A DNA stretch of 64,000 nt from the human T2T-CHM13v2.0 reference genome, Homo sapiens: assembly GCF_009914755.1 (NCBI RefSeq), contig NC_060933.1. One strand, 5' to 3'. The notes beneath the pieces are model-generated. The model did not search any database, was not told where the DNA came from, and saw nothing but the letters and a program-made list of their open reading frames with translations. The translations under genes were made by a program, and so were the position numbers. Below, one piece after another: positions 29,214-43,030 of the stretch. Each line of letters starts with the position of its first letter. Position 1 is the stretch's first letter.

Positions 29214-29719
29214 GGAAAACTAGCATTAATGTAGGGATATACTGTCAGGCATGATAGCAGAAATAGATGTCCTTATTAGACACCTGGGCAGATACTGAAA
29301 ATAGGGTTGTGACTCTGTGGCCACCTAGGAGTGTCAGGATACTCCACTCTCAGGCAAAGAGGATATTAATTGCTTAAGGCAGCAGCAAGACTAATTCCAG
29401 AGCTTAATAGCTGCATGCATTAAATCTCTTTCAGGATTGGTTCATAATAGTGGATGAAGCTGAGAGTCTGAAGACAATGTTGAGTGAATAATCACTAATC
29501 TAGTTTAGGACTTGGTTTCACCTAAAGGTTTGAATGTAGGAATAGTATTGCTCTTGGGTATTGATTTCCTATAATCGCTTGGATTTTCTCTCTGTAACTA
29601 TTTCCTTTGGAGAGTCAGGCCTGATCGCTCATAAGAGTAATCCTCACAAAATTCCAGTGCTTCTGATGGGACTAGATTATAGCTGAATGTTCACTTCTAA
29701 GATGGTTATATATGTCAGT

Positions 29720-30600
29720 GTCTTTTTTTTCTAAATAACGTTTTTCTGTTGTAACAAAAGTAATATATGTTTATTGTAGAAAATTACCTGTAATCTCACC
29801 ATCTAGTGATATTAACATTGTTCTTGGTCCCTTTCCTTCTGTGTGTATTATTTCTTAGAAATGAGATGGGATCATGCTATATGTACAAATTGAATATCCT
29901 AAATATTTTTCTATTTTAAAAACATAATGCTATATCGCTATGTTAAAAGACTAAGCAGTATTGTTTTAAACAGACTTACTATGATTTACTTAATGAGAAC
30001 CCCATGTTGTGGACATTTAAGTTGTTTCCAATTTTGCAGTATTATAAAAAGTGTTGACTATTATTGGAGTATGCTTTTGCATACATTCCTGGCTATTTCT
30101 TTATAATAGGCTCATAAAAATAAAATTTCTAGGTCAAATGGCATGCAAAAATGTTTGTTCATTATTTCCAAGCATTTCTTCAGAAAGATGGTAACTATTT
30201 ACACTTCCCACAGCAATATAACACTCTTGAGTAAATTTTTTAAAATGCCAGTATGGCAGGTAAAAAAAAGCATATCACTGTTTTCATAATAATTTCTTTG
30301 ATTATTAATGAGGTTTAACATTTTAAAATACATTTTGCCTTGTCTAATTGTTATAATGGGGCATTCATATTTTCTTATTGATTTGTAAAAGCCCTATATG
30401 TATTCCTCTTATTCTATCACTTCTGCTGTGAGTATTGTCATTAGTACTTTGTCTTCAATCTTGTTCATAACTTAGTTTATTTTTATGTCCAGAGAGTTTA
30501 TATTTTTATGCACAGAAGTCACATCTACTAATATTTTGTTTACATATATATTTTCCATTGGTGCTATGCTTGGGAAGTCTTCCTCCAGTTCAAACTTCTG
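29720..30600 (-). mobile_element. L1ME-type 3' region
   Basis: aaaagtaatatatgtttattgtagaaaat...tggacatttaagttgtttccaattttg...atttacacttcccacagcaat...tttctttgattattaatgaggtt. Confidence 0.7.
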
Positions 30601-30626
30601 ACATATGGAATTCAAAAAGGGAGCAA

Positions 30627-30940
<314 letters not shown>

Positions 30941-31584
30941 AAAAAAGGAGCAGATGATCTTCTATTATTTGCATCACTTTTGTCATCTCAGTAATCATTT
31001 GTAAGTGTGGAGGCAAGCATTTCGGCAAGGATATTCAGGTGGTCATCTTGAAACGAAAGTCTGTTCTGGTTTTCAGCAGAGCACTTTACACACTTGAATC
31101 TTTCTTTCTAAAATCAAAAGTTAATTCCATTGAATTAGACAGGATTAGGAAAAGGTGTTTAGGTATTTTCATGCTGCCCAGGCTTGTTCCCTACTCACAT
31201 CAGTGTTTGTTGGCCTTCAGTGTAGGAAGGAGCTAGACGTAGTGAGAGAGCAGAAGAGGGAGGCAGGTGGCAGCCAGATGGGTACACTGGCCATGGAGCC
31301 AGCACAGGCCAGGAACAATCAGCTCTAAATAACTCTCTGTTGCTCTGCCTCTTTGATTTATTCTTCGAGGTCCACTCAAGTTTTATATCTCAGCTTTTCC
31401 ATCCCATGTTGATTGCTTGATTCTCTAAACAGTTGAAGGCGTTAGTATTTTCATTACTATCCATCCAATTTAGTTCTTTTCACATAGTCTCGAAAATATA
31501 GCTTCTATCTAGTTTTATTTTACTATCCAGTATAGAGCTTAAAATATGTACTTAGCTTTCCTTACAATATTTCAAGCTTCCTAA

Positions 31585-31893
<309 letters not shown>

Positions 31894-32067
31894 TAATATA
31901 ATTTAGTCCTAGCTCAAAGCATGGGCTCTGATTTGAACATGGAGACTCACCTTGGCATGAAATAAAATACGTGATGACTACTAACATGTACCTAACCAAG
32001 TATAGTTGGGGTTTAAGGGATTGTCTGGTTTAAAAAATACACACCAAATCTTTCTCTTTTTTACAAA

Positions 32068-32071
<4 letters not shown>

Positions 32072-32106
<35 letters not shown>
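32072..32106. repeat. (AC)17 microsatellite
   Basis: Direct reading. Confidence 0.95.
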
Positions 32107-32108
<2 letters not shown>

Positions 32109-32159
32109 CTATATATGAAGATATACAGCCACTATAGTTCTGCCAGAATATGTAAAGTT

Positions 32160-32300
32160 GATAAAGACTCTGGGCTTGAGTCAGAGGAACTCAGCTTGAA
32201 TCGCAGCTCTGCCACTTACCAGCTATGTGAGTGTGAGCCTCAGTTTCTACATCTGGGAAATGGGGATAGTATATCACCTTCCTCTGAAAGTTGAATTAAT
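32160..32300 (+). mobile_element. MIR
   Basis: cagctctgccacttaccagctatgtg...gagcctcagtttctacatctgggaaatggggata. Confidence 0.8.
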
Positions 32301-33800
32301 ACATAATCCAGTTCAATCTGAGTTTCCCTGAGGTGCATCGAAAGAAGGTGATTTAATTCTTTAGACAGCACTTCAAGATTTAACTGAATTTCCCTTATAA
32401 CTCAAGTCATAATTGTTAATCTGGTAGCAAACTGGTAAACAAATTGTAACCCAACAACTAGAAAACCCCAGTTCAGTCATTACTGGAGCTGATTTATTTT
32501 ATGAATTGTTTCACAGTTGAGTTGTTGGTTTTTATCCCAACTTAATCTGTACACATTATTAAATTTGTAATGAGTGAGCTTGTGGCACACCTGGCAAGAG
32601 GAAAAAGGCCCAGTTCTACTTCTTTATGCCTAACCTCGCCATGAAGTTTTCCAGCGGGTGCAGCAGTGTTGTTTTGAGTCTTAATGTTGAGCCATGTGCA
32701 CCATGCTTGTGGGTGACTGTTAAGTAGCTGTCATTTTCAATCCCCAAGGTGGGCAGAGACACAGTTTTTATATGTATTTGGGGCAAAATTTCCCTTGTCC
32801 TGGCCTCATGGTTGGTTTTGACTCCAATATTCTATTCTCCTGGCATGTGGGTCATCTCTCATTGACATCTGGAGGTGTTGCAGTGGGGAAAGCAGAATAT
32901 TAGCAATGAGGTTCTCAATGTGGACCTGAAAGAAGGCTTTTTGCCTGTAATTTGTGAAGTTTTTGTGAAGCTCTTTGGGATCCTTCTGGATAAAGAATCT
33001 TTTATAAACCTCACTTATTATAATGATGACTGCTGGCAGAATCGAAGTTACACGTGTGTATCAGGAGGACAATATATCCTCTTTGTGCTCACGTAAACTT
33101 CCATTTATCTATACAAATATCTCTGAAAAGAGCAAAGCTGAAATGTCTTGTCTCCGGCTGGGATGCTGTTCTGTTGTTGCAGCACAGTAAATTGGGTCAC
33201 CGTCCAGTTTTCTATCCATCACCTGCTCAGCACCAGAATGGGGAAATGAGTGCTTCTATGGTGACGGTGGCAGCGTGGAGCAAAACCTGTGCCAGGGATC
33301 ACCGTGGACAGCTACTAAGGAGTCCAGGAGAGCTGATCACTCAGATTGCTGCCTTTGTGGCTCTTGTCTGGGAGGAAAGACATTACTAAGAGGAAAATTG
33401 TTCTTTTAACTCCTACTTTTGAACTCTTTCTGTGCTGTGTGAGGACAGCAATTTTAAAAGGTTAGATTTTGCCAGTGTGTGCCAATTTGCAGAAGAAAAT
33501 GTCTCTAATGCACAGGAATACTGGGAACCACAGACTCTTCTGGATACTGAATGTGGTGCCCTAAGACTGATTATAACATTTCAATGATTGAATAAATGGA
33601 GTCGTGGGTGTAATTGAATGAGAGCTAGACGTGGAATCAGAATTCAGATCTTAAATCCACCACTGACTTGCTGTATAACCTTGCCTCAGTTTCCTCTATA
33701 CAATAGAGTTAGTATGAAAATGAAACGAGCAGTGTTTGGCATATCATGGATAGTCATTAAATATTTATAAAATTCAAGACAGTACCTTTGTCAGAGAGTT

Positions 33801-34220
33801 TGCATCAGTCAGCATAGGTGAGGTTTCTCTGTGGTAACATTCAAGCCCTAAATCTCAGTGGCTTTAAAGAGCAAAGGTTTATTTCTCTATCAAACTTCAT
33901 GTCCACTGAGGTCAGTTGTCACTTGGACATGGTCATGCTTTATGTGATCCTCCATCTGGGGTTCAAGCCCAGTGGGAACCACCATGTGGAAATCATGGCA
34001 GCAGAAAGGAAAGCTCTGGAGAGATTTGTAACAGCAATTAAATGATCTGTTTGGAAATGACACACATTTCTTTCTGCTTAGAACTCACCGCCTGGAACTA
34101 GTCACGTGGCTACTCCTAGTCACTAATGAGCCCATGAGTAAATCTTTTTTTTTTTTTTTTTTGCCCCAAACGGGGAAACTGAGAATATTTGGCAAGTAGC
34201 ACTACTGATTTCTGCAACAT
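33801..34220 (-). mobile_element. Old MaLR LTR (MLT1K-like)
   Basis: tcagtcag...ctgtggtaaca...aaatctcagtggctttaaa...aaaggtttatttctc...gaactagtcacgtggct. Confidence 0.65.
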
Positions 34221-35009
34221 CTACAGAGCAGGCTCTGTTAATGTGTCTGTTCTACACATCAAAGTGCTACTGTATGTTTTCTTCTCTTCATTGTAATATA
34301 TAATCATTTTCTCTATTTTGTTGACATTTTAATATATCCTACTTGTTTGCTCCTTATTGTTATTATTTTTCAAGTGGAACACAGAAGAAAACTTTTTATT
34401 TTCATAGAATGGAACAATAGGACTTCATTTTATTGTACTCAGGGATATGATAAGGCAACAATGCCTAGCTTCACCTTTCTTTCTGGTCTTGGGAGGGAGC
34501 ATGTGACAACAAAGATGTAGGTTGCAGGGAAGCAACTCCCTGAGATTTTCATGGAAGTATGTTTATTTTATCTTGCAAGGTAAGATCCAATGGGAGGATG
34601 TGAAATAATGGTAAAACTGTGGCCAGTTATAAGATGTGCTAAGAGAGGGGAGAGCTAGCTTTAGCATATCTATTATATACTTGAGAAAATATACTCCAGA
34701 AAAGCCAGAAAATTCATTGAATGTGTGTATTTTATATATTTTTTCCTTTGGGGGATCTTTATTTCCCTTGATGATTGACCATATATTCACATATATGTGT
34801 GCCTTTAGGAATCTGAAGAAGAAACCAAAGGAATCTGAATCCTTACTTGTGTAGCAGACATGGCTAATTACCTCCAAATATCCATTTTTCCTTCTAACTT
34901 TAATAACAGAATTCCTACCATCATGGCTTAGATCAAGACTAAAACCTTGCATATTCTGACTAATGCAGGTCCTCCCTCACAGAGTAGCTTTTGACATACT
35001 TAACATTTA

Positions 35010-35348
35010 ATGCCTGTCAATTATTGCCAGCCTCTCTTGCAGCTCAGTATGATGACCATGTACTAAGCTTTGACTGAAGGGATATGAGCAGAAGTAACGG
35101 GTACAACTTCTATGTCATGTTGTTAATTAAGAAGCTGTTTTCCACCTACTTCCTTTTCTACCCTGCTGGCTTAGAAAAGGTGACAACTTCCTGAAGTTGT
35201 CATTTTGGACCCAAGGACAGAAACCACATATTGAAGATGACTCGCTGCCTATCTCTGTACTGCTACATGAGAAATAAGCCAACTATATTAATTAAGCCAT
35301 TGTATTTTGGAGTCTCTGTATTATCACAGGTTAGCCTGTGATAAATAA
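35010..35348 (+). mobile_element. Old MaLR LTR fragment (MLT1I/J-like)
   Basis: gggatatgagcagaagtaac...cattttggaccc...gagaaataagcc...ttaagccattgtattttggagtctctgt. Confidence 0.6.
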
Positions 35349-35372
35349 CTTTTAGTGTTAGATATCCTCTTT

Positions 35373-35631
35373 CCAGGCTTAGTTTTGGCTCACCAATCAT
35401 GGCTCACCATAGCCTCAAACTTTCGAGCTCAGGCAATCCTCCCACCTCAGCCTCCTGAGTAACTGGGACTTTAGGAACACTCCACCACACTCAGCTAATT
35501 TTTAAATTATTTGTAGAGACAGGATCTCTCTATGTTGCCAAGGTTGGCCTTGAACTCCTAGACTCAAGCAATTCCCTGACCTCAGCCTCCCAGAGTGCAG
35601 GGATTCCAGGTGTGAGCCCCTGTGCCCAGCC
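35373..35631 (-). mobile_element. AluJ lacking its 3' end and poly-A tail
   Basis: Reverse Alu from ccaggct to gagcccctgtgcccagcc, with no preceding poly-T. Confidence 0.9.
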
Positions 35632-37538
35632 AGAATCACATTTTAATTGATTTTTGTCTTCTCTCAGACTGGAGGACAGGAGAGAGGTTGATCCTTTGCT
35701 GATTGTGAGATTTAGTGCTGTACTTGCTTTACACTTTTTTTTTTTTAATTCTTACTCTCCTAAACTCATCAGACAACAGTGAACATAGAGTCTTTGAATT
35801 CTAGACTGTACCTAGAACTTGTTCCTCCAAACCAACAGTCTACTTTATATCATGAGGCCTGTTTTATGCATCCAGGGAGGTGATTTTGCCTTATTCAAAA
35901 CCAAACTCTGTATGATCAACATTCCAAAAGACTCCCTGGGCTTAACAGCCATGTGTGTTTTGAGAAGAATTTTGGAGGCCTATTTAGGTCTGAAAATAAT
36001 TCCAATTGCCCTTTGCACAGCCCTATTTTCTTCACTTGGTTCCACTTCATAGTTGAATATAAGCCCAGAGTAAAGGTCTGAATGTTTAGAAAATGTGGCT
36101 CTGGCACATTCTCAAGGCAGATAGACCTTTTCTAAGGAGCTGATGCCCTGCAAGGTAGGTAGATTTTGCACAGTGGAGAGAGAAAATGAACTGTAGCTAG
36201 AGAAAAGTGAGGACACAGTAGGCATTCTGTGGGGGAGACTGGGATTTTCACTTTTCCCACTGGTCATTTGATGGTTCATTTATTGTCTTGAAATGGAGTA
36301 GAAATCAATGGACTATTTTCCTATGTTCCCTTGCCAAACTCACTTCCTAATGGGTGAAACAGACCCAATCTGGACCTCCCTTCCCCACCACCACACATAG
36401 CATCCAGTTCCTTGGCAAAATGATGGAAATTTTAGCCAGTTCCCTTGCTCTGTCCACAGAAGGTCAGGCCAGGATATGTTGACAGCTGTTTGGATGACAC
36501 CAACTGAATCAGACAACTGATTGTATCAGTTGTTTTAACATCTTGGAGACTAAAAGCACGTTATTGGTAGCATGTTTTTCTCAGCATCTCAGCAAGTTAA
36601 CAGAAAAATTAGTGATAGTAATACATAGTTCATCTGAATGACTTAGTTAAAGCCAGAAAGCTGGTTTTTTAAGTGTCTTAATCAAAAAAGAAGGCTCTGC
36701 AGAGGATTAAAACCTTAATATGCTTTCTTGTGAAATTTTGTCTCACCCTGTTCTATTCATTTTTCTGCCCAAGCAAGTTATTGTACATTACATCTTATTT
36801 AGCATATATTTATACAAAGGGTCCATTTAACAAGCTAGAATTTTTGCCAGAGAATTCCCATCTAAGACATTCTTCTGTTAAGTGACTTAAACGTAATTTT
36901 AGAGCTGGGTTTAAAACCCAGTAATTCTAAGAATGCATGTTATTAATTGATTTATTACTTATGAATGATCATAGAAGAAAATATCAGATTTTAGTCTTTT
37001 ACCATTTATTACTATTAGAAGTCACAATGCCCATTTATTAAGATTTTATAGTTGCTTAAATAATTTGCAATGCAAAGAAACCTTGGTCATGACATACTAC
37101 CTTCATGGCAAATTTGCTTGAGTTTTGTTCACTTGTGTAAAATCTGTTCCGAATGCTGAAATAATGATGGAAGTAACTCATTTAAATTACTGGGATCATG
37201 TAAAGGAAGAATGTGTTCATTCTGGCAGCTCTGAGCAATTCTGAAAATCATCACGCATCATCTTAGCTTACTGAATTGGAAAAATAGGGTAATGGGCTGG
37301 GGCATTCCATAGGAATGAGTTGTATTGTAATAATCAATGTAAAGAATAAATTTTATTAGATAAATGTAACTTCTTGCTGTGATCTAGTAAGAAAGACTGT
37401 GACTTAAAAAGATAAAGCGGAATAAAATTGATATAATTTAATATAACTTTAGTGAAACTTCTGAATTTAAATTATATAATTTGGTCATCAGTAAATCTTG
37501 GCTAGCACGTACATCTGTGGGAGATAAAGAGTTTCTTA

Positions 37539-37904
<366 letters not shown>

Positions 37905-37939
37905 TTAGTTTTATCTATACTACACCAAGCCATCCAGAT

Positions 37940-38243
37940 TAGGAGTTTATTCTCAAATGTCTCCTGGGTGCAGGTAGATAATTAGATAATTGAACTAGAA
38001 GGCATAAACTTTAGGGAATGCTGGTGACTGCAGAGAATAAGAGAATTCATGCAACTGCTCCATTCCAGCTGATGGCTGCCATGTGGGAATCTGAGGTGGG
38101 TGAACAGATTTTACAGTTTTCAGGAGAAATTGGAAATCTGGGTTTTTATGCAAAATCTCCTAACCTAACAAGTTTGAAACACGGTGGACTAGCCAGCTGT
38201 TTGTGCTGATTTTAACTTAAGGACCACAATCTTGAAATCTTTG
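37940..38243 (+). mobile_element. MER102-like hAT-Charlie element
   Basis: ctcaaatgtc...caggtagataa...ttttcaggagaaattggaaatctgggtttttatgcaaaatctcc. Confidence 0.55.
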
Positions 38244-39457
38244 AACTAGATACTTGTAGTGAAAAATTCATTTAATCATGTTGATGCTGATATTTTCTTT
38301 TATGCTTGTCTTTCATTGGGGTGAATATTTCTTCATGATTGTCTCCTACAGGTCCAGTTTAGATATATATAAAATAGTGACTTGGAACCAGTGAATTTGA
38401 TATGGTTATTTGTAATTCTCATAGGTACTATATTTGGAAATTCTAGGGTGCCTTATAAATTTCTTGATAACCTTGACTTAGATGAGGGTAGTAAGCAATT
38501 CAGAATTTGCCATAATAAATGTGAAAGTTAGCTGAAATAAACAAGTTAAAGGTCGAGTGCTAGAAGTACAATTGCTCATTTAGGAATCAAAAAAAGGAAA
38601 CACACACCTATAATGTAAACATAAAATAACTGATGTACGTAAAAACAATGACCAGAAATATCCTTGAAGTCATAATGACTTGGAAGTTAAATGTCATCTT
38701 TTATAAATTGTGTGACCCAGGGAAAGTTTGGGTATAGGAAGAGGTCAGAAAATGTCTTTATCTTTACCATATAGGCTGTAATACTTGAAAGTTTATGAAG
38801 CACTCATATCATATAACCAGTCTATTTGATGTAGCCAGCATGTTTTCCTAATAGGCTCAGCTAAGGTACAATATCATTTCAAGGAGGCATAAAAAATAAA
38901 AAGAGGGTCCTATCCAAGTAAGAGAGATTTAAAAAATGAGAAAGGACTCACCAAAAAACATGGATTCTGGAGCCAGATGCCTAGGCCTGAATTCTGGCTC
39001 CACCATTTACTAGGATGACAAGAGGATCCTCAAGGGCACATGGAGAGTGCTATATAATTAGTAAGTAGTATGTTTAATATTCTAACTAGGAAAATTTGAT
39101 GGAAAAAACTGTGATTTTTTTACTATGTGTTATGTGCTTGGCCTTCATTTGAAACACTCTCTATATTGATCTACTTATTTCTCACAATATGCCTGTGGGT
39201 TAGACATGGCTATTTTCATTTTACAGATCCAAGACCAGGGTTCAGTGAGGTAAGAGTACAGTTGAAACTCTTTTTACCAGCTTCCATTTTGCCACCTTTC
39301 CATTCCACCTGTAGCTGGCCCCATGGCTTCCTAAGGTCTGTGGCTAGAGGGAGGCTCTAGTATATGTTTTGGTCACTACTGCTCCTACCAGCTGTGTTAT
39401 GGACCTGCCAAGAGTCAGTTTTGTGTGTCCCAAACTACTTACATCTCTTCTTGCAAT

Positions 39458-40021
39458 CAGGCCTACCCCTACCATTAATGGGCCCATGGACACAGTACAA
39501 ATGGAGGCCCATATTCCTTGCATCTAAATATTGAAATATATAATTCAAAATAACAAACTCTTAAAGAAAGTATGTTTTATTCTCCTTACTTGACAAATAA
39601 ATTTTCAAAGTTGTTGAGAAGGCCAAGTTCAAATTTCCAGTTCTCAAAATCTTTGGTGCTCCGTGTAAAACATGGTGGCCCAGAAAGAGGCACCATCTCA
39701 TCTAGAGCATGTAGTCTTTGCTCTGCAGCCTCTCTCTCTCTCTTCCAACCTCGAATGTGTCTCCCACCAAAAGGGTCTCACGTAGGATTCAAACACCCTG
39801 ACCCATGCTTCCAAACTTTGCTAACGTTGACTGCTATTTGGGCAGAGAATTTTAGGGACTTTGTACCTGGAACATGATTTAGAAAGGGGCATGTGAGCTC
39901 TGGATGGGTATGTTGTGTGGCTCCATTGAGAGGAACATGGCAAAAGCAAGACCAAAATTTGGACTCCTAAAGCATGGGTCCAGAACAGGATCCACTGTTT
40001 CTGTATCTAGAGGAGGTATTG
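39458..40021 (+). mobile_element. MER115-like hAT-Tip100 element
   Basis: caggcctacccctaccatt...agtacaaatggaggccca...gaaggccaagttcaaattt...tctagaggaggtattg. Confidence 0.75.
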
Positions 40022-40404
40022 ATGATGATTTTCATTCAGTTATGTATAGTGATTACTTGTTAGCATGCAAAGACATGTTTATTATTTCTATGAAAATTAT
40101 GTTAGAAATGGAGAGTCTACATACAAGTAGCTAAAACATTGTTATTATATTAGATGTAGGAAAAGTGTATTAAAATGTTGGAAGAGATAAAAATACAAAA
40201 AATTCCTACATTCAGCTTGATTGCCAAATGTTCTTTATCAAATTCAAGAATTGAAAATTACAGATGATTCATTACGGATAAGATTTATGCAAGAAAATCA
40301 ATGTGGAACTCCAATTAGCAGACTTATTCCAAAAGATGGTGCTCTACAATAAAGAACGAAAACTGAATTTAGATTATCTAAAATAAAATGGAAGAAAACA
40401 TTTA

Positions 40405-40411
<7 letters not shown>

Positions 40412-40465
<54 letters not shown>
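40412..40465. repeat. (AT)27 perfect microsatellite
   Basis: 54 bp of uninterrupted alternating A/T. Confidence 0.97.
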
Positions 40466-40467
<2 letters not shown>

Positions 40468-41624
40468 TGCTTTAATCAAAATTTTATTTGGCTGACTAAC
40501 TCCAAGTCCCAATCTCATTGGCTAGACAAGCTTCTCCTGCAACTGACTTTGAGTCAGGGAGGTAGGAGCGTGTTAAAGTTGGGGTAAAAGGGTAGGTCTA
40601 TCTTACTGGGAAGATTGCCCTCTTAACCTTATACTTGATTATTAAGAACAAAGTAAATATTAAGTCACTCATGTCTATAGTGCTCAGTAAAATGTTTTGG
40701 AATAAACTGCATGTTCGCTACCAGGATTATGTTGTAGTTGTGGATTACTTTTCAAGAGAGGTTATGGAAATGCTGATTAATAGGTATGTTTATCTAATAC
40801 ATTTTCTGGCTTGGCGGCTTCAAGACAAATTGTAGCATTCTATGACTCAATAGATTGACTCTAATACCAAACTCAAAGAAAGTATTCATTGTTCTTTCGT
40901 CAGTCAGTTTTAACTATATAAAAAGTTATAACTTTCTTAAATAATAGCATTTTTCTGCGTAATATCTTTGAGAAGGCTTACTTAAAAGACTGGCATAGCT
41001 AAGTGAGAAACCTCGGAGAGGCGTACTAACTCAAAGTGACTTTAAGAAAGATGGTCAAATTATAATAAAATTGAAGACCCAGAGAAGCATAAAATAGTAC
41101 CAAGAAAAACTGAATTAGATATGCATGTGGCTCTGTCAAAAGAGATAGAATTTTCTCTTGGTGAACTGGCAGGTCTCCTAGACACTCTTAAAAACCTTAG
41201 GAACAGTTGATTGTAGAGGTGGTGTGTGTTGCCATTCTTCTTTCTAGAATGGAGAAAAGCTTTGGAGATGCTCACAGGCTACACACTGCAGCGACACATG
41301 GGAGAGAATCAAAGGGTCATCTTGCTCCTTTAAATTATCATTTCTGAGTTTAAAAAAATAACATTGGAAAGTATGAGTTGGTATCTTTTAGAAGAGAGGA
41401 TGAACAATATAAAACTATCTTTTTTTGTGCTTCTTTTGCAGAAGCCCTCCTGAGTGGAGGTGATAACATTTAGGGAAGTGGTCTGCTATTTTTGTGCATC
41501 CTGCAACGTTTGCAAATCTGGTTATTTCCAATCCAGTACTCAGCTCTGTAACAGGACTGATGTTGTTGTTTAACCTAAAGCACTGCCCTGCCCAGTCTCT
41601 TATGAGGGACTTAAAACTTCCTAT

Positions 41625-41798
41625 TATTTCCATGTACTTCCAGAACTCCAGTCTGCATAAGAATCTCCTGGAGATCTTGTTTAAATCGATACTCTGATTC
41701 AGTAGGTACAATCTAATTCGAGGCCTTCCATTGTGCTCTTAGGTGATGCCAATGCTGATGATCTGAGGGCCAGCCACGTTTTAGTAGCAGGGATCTAG
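41625..41798. mobile_element. MER5-like hAT MITE
   Basis: tgcataagaatctcctggagatcttgtttaaa...tctgattcagtaggt...aggtgatgccaatgctg...tagtagcagggatctag. Confidence 0.65.
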
Positions 41799-42764
41799 GC
41801 ACTAGCTCTTACCTCAGAACAGAGTGTTTATATTGAGATTCTGAAATTCAGGAGGAGTTGGAAAAGTGGGTCTTGGAAACACAGCCTTTGTTTATGAGTT
41901 AGTAAAGACAGAATTGATGAGAAAAAGGAAAATAACAACAATAAACACAAAACTGCTATTTACTTGTAGCTGTGTTTCAGTAGCTAAAGCCAAGAGATAA
42001 ATTCCATAGTGGGTGAGAAATGTTATCTATGGGAATCTGAACTGATGTTAGGTAGGAGGATATCATGAAGCATGCAAATACTTTGCACCTATGAGAGTCA
42101 CAGGTAAGTCCCAGGCTGAAGTTGCTGGCAGTTAAATGGATTCCACTTGCTCTCCTAACCCCGTCCTTCCAAAGCTGATAATAAAATTGTACCATTTAGC
42201 ACAAATCAGAATGAGCCACCATAAAATAAATAAATTATCTCACCCATGAAGGGTGAGGATAAATTTGTTATATGCCTTGGAGAAAAGCACATTGAGGCCT
42301 ATGTCCATTTCAGTCTAGGTAAGAAGGAAAAACTCTGTATGTAGTCAGAGTGGATACCAGCACATCATCCTTTCCTAAAACAGTGGCTCAAGTCAAGATG
42401 TCAGAATGGGTAAGGGGATATAGCAACACACCAGGACTGGGATGCTGGGTTTTCTCCATCCCCTCTCTTTCCTCAGGGAAGTCGTTCATTATGTGACTGG
42501 GCCAGCACCTGTTTAGGAATTACAAATTACCTTACACAGTTAGGTGCTGGATCATGAGGCCAGATGAGCAATTGTGGGAGGAGGAAGTTAAGTTAGGAAA
42601 CTTGGTGGGGAAACCAAGACAGGTAAGCATTACCTGATCAAAGAATAACCAAAGATTACTTCTGATCAAAGACTATTTCAGAAACAAACTCTATGAGGTT
42701 GTTTCTATGGCCACATGCTTATATTTTCCATGCTTTTTTTCTTTTTTTGCTTTTTTTGTAGCCT

Positions 42765-43030
42765 AGTATTTAGGCACACTGACTTGAGAGCTGGGCTTTC
42801 TGGGTTAAAATGCTGTTCCTGACACTTATCAGCTGAAGCATCATGGATGCATTTCCTAACTTCTTGTGCTCCAATCTCCTCATCAAAAAATGAAGAGAAT
42901 CATGGCCCCTTCTTAACAGGGTTGTTATGAAAAGCCAATGAGATAGCATTAGATAAAGTGCTAAAAACAATGCCGGGCACAGGGTAGGTACTATTCAGGT
43001 TAGCTGGTACTGTTATTGTTATTATTATTT
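42765..43030 (+). mobile_element. Near full-length MIR
   Basis: ctgggttaaaat...cacttatcagctg...ctcctcatcaaaaaatg...agggttgttatga...taaagtgcta...gccgggcacag...tattattatt. Confidence 0.8.

Larger units (their letters stand above)
39259..40539 (+). mobile_element. Ancient Tigger-type (TcMar) element, interrupted by MER115 and (AT)n
   Basis: TA-CAGttgaaac start and aagcttctcCTG end. 40263-40349 translates DDSLRIRFMQENQCGTPISRLIPKDGALQ, resembling a pogo/Tigger CENP-B-type DNA-binding segment. Confidence 0.55.

Noticed and set aside
40922-40935. 14-bp palindrome aaagttataacttt (also tccacatt-a-aatgtgga at 60280)
   Set aside because: Several of this length are expected by chance in AT-rich 64 kb.
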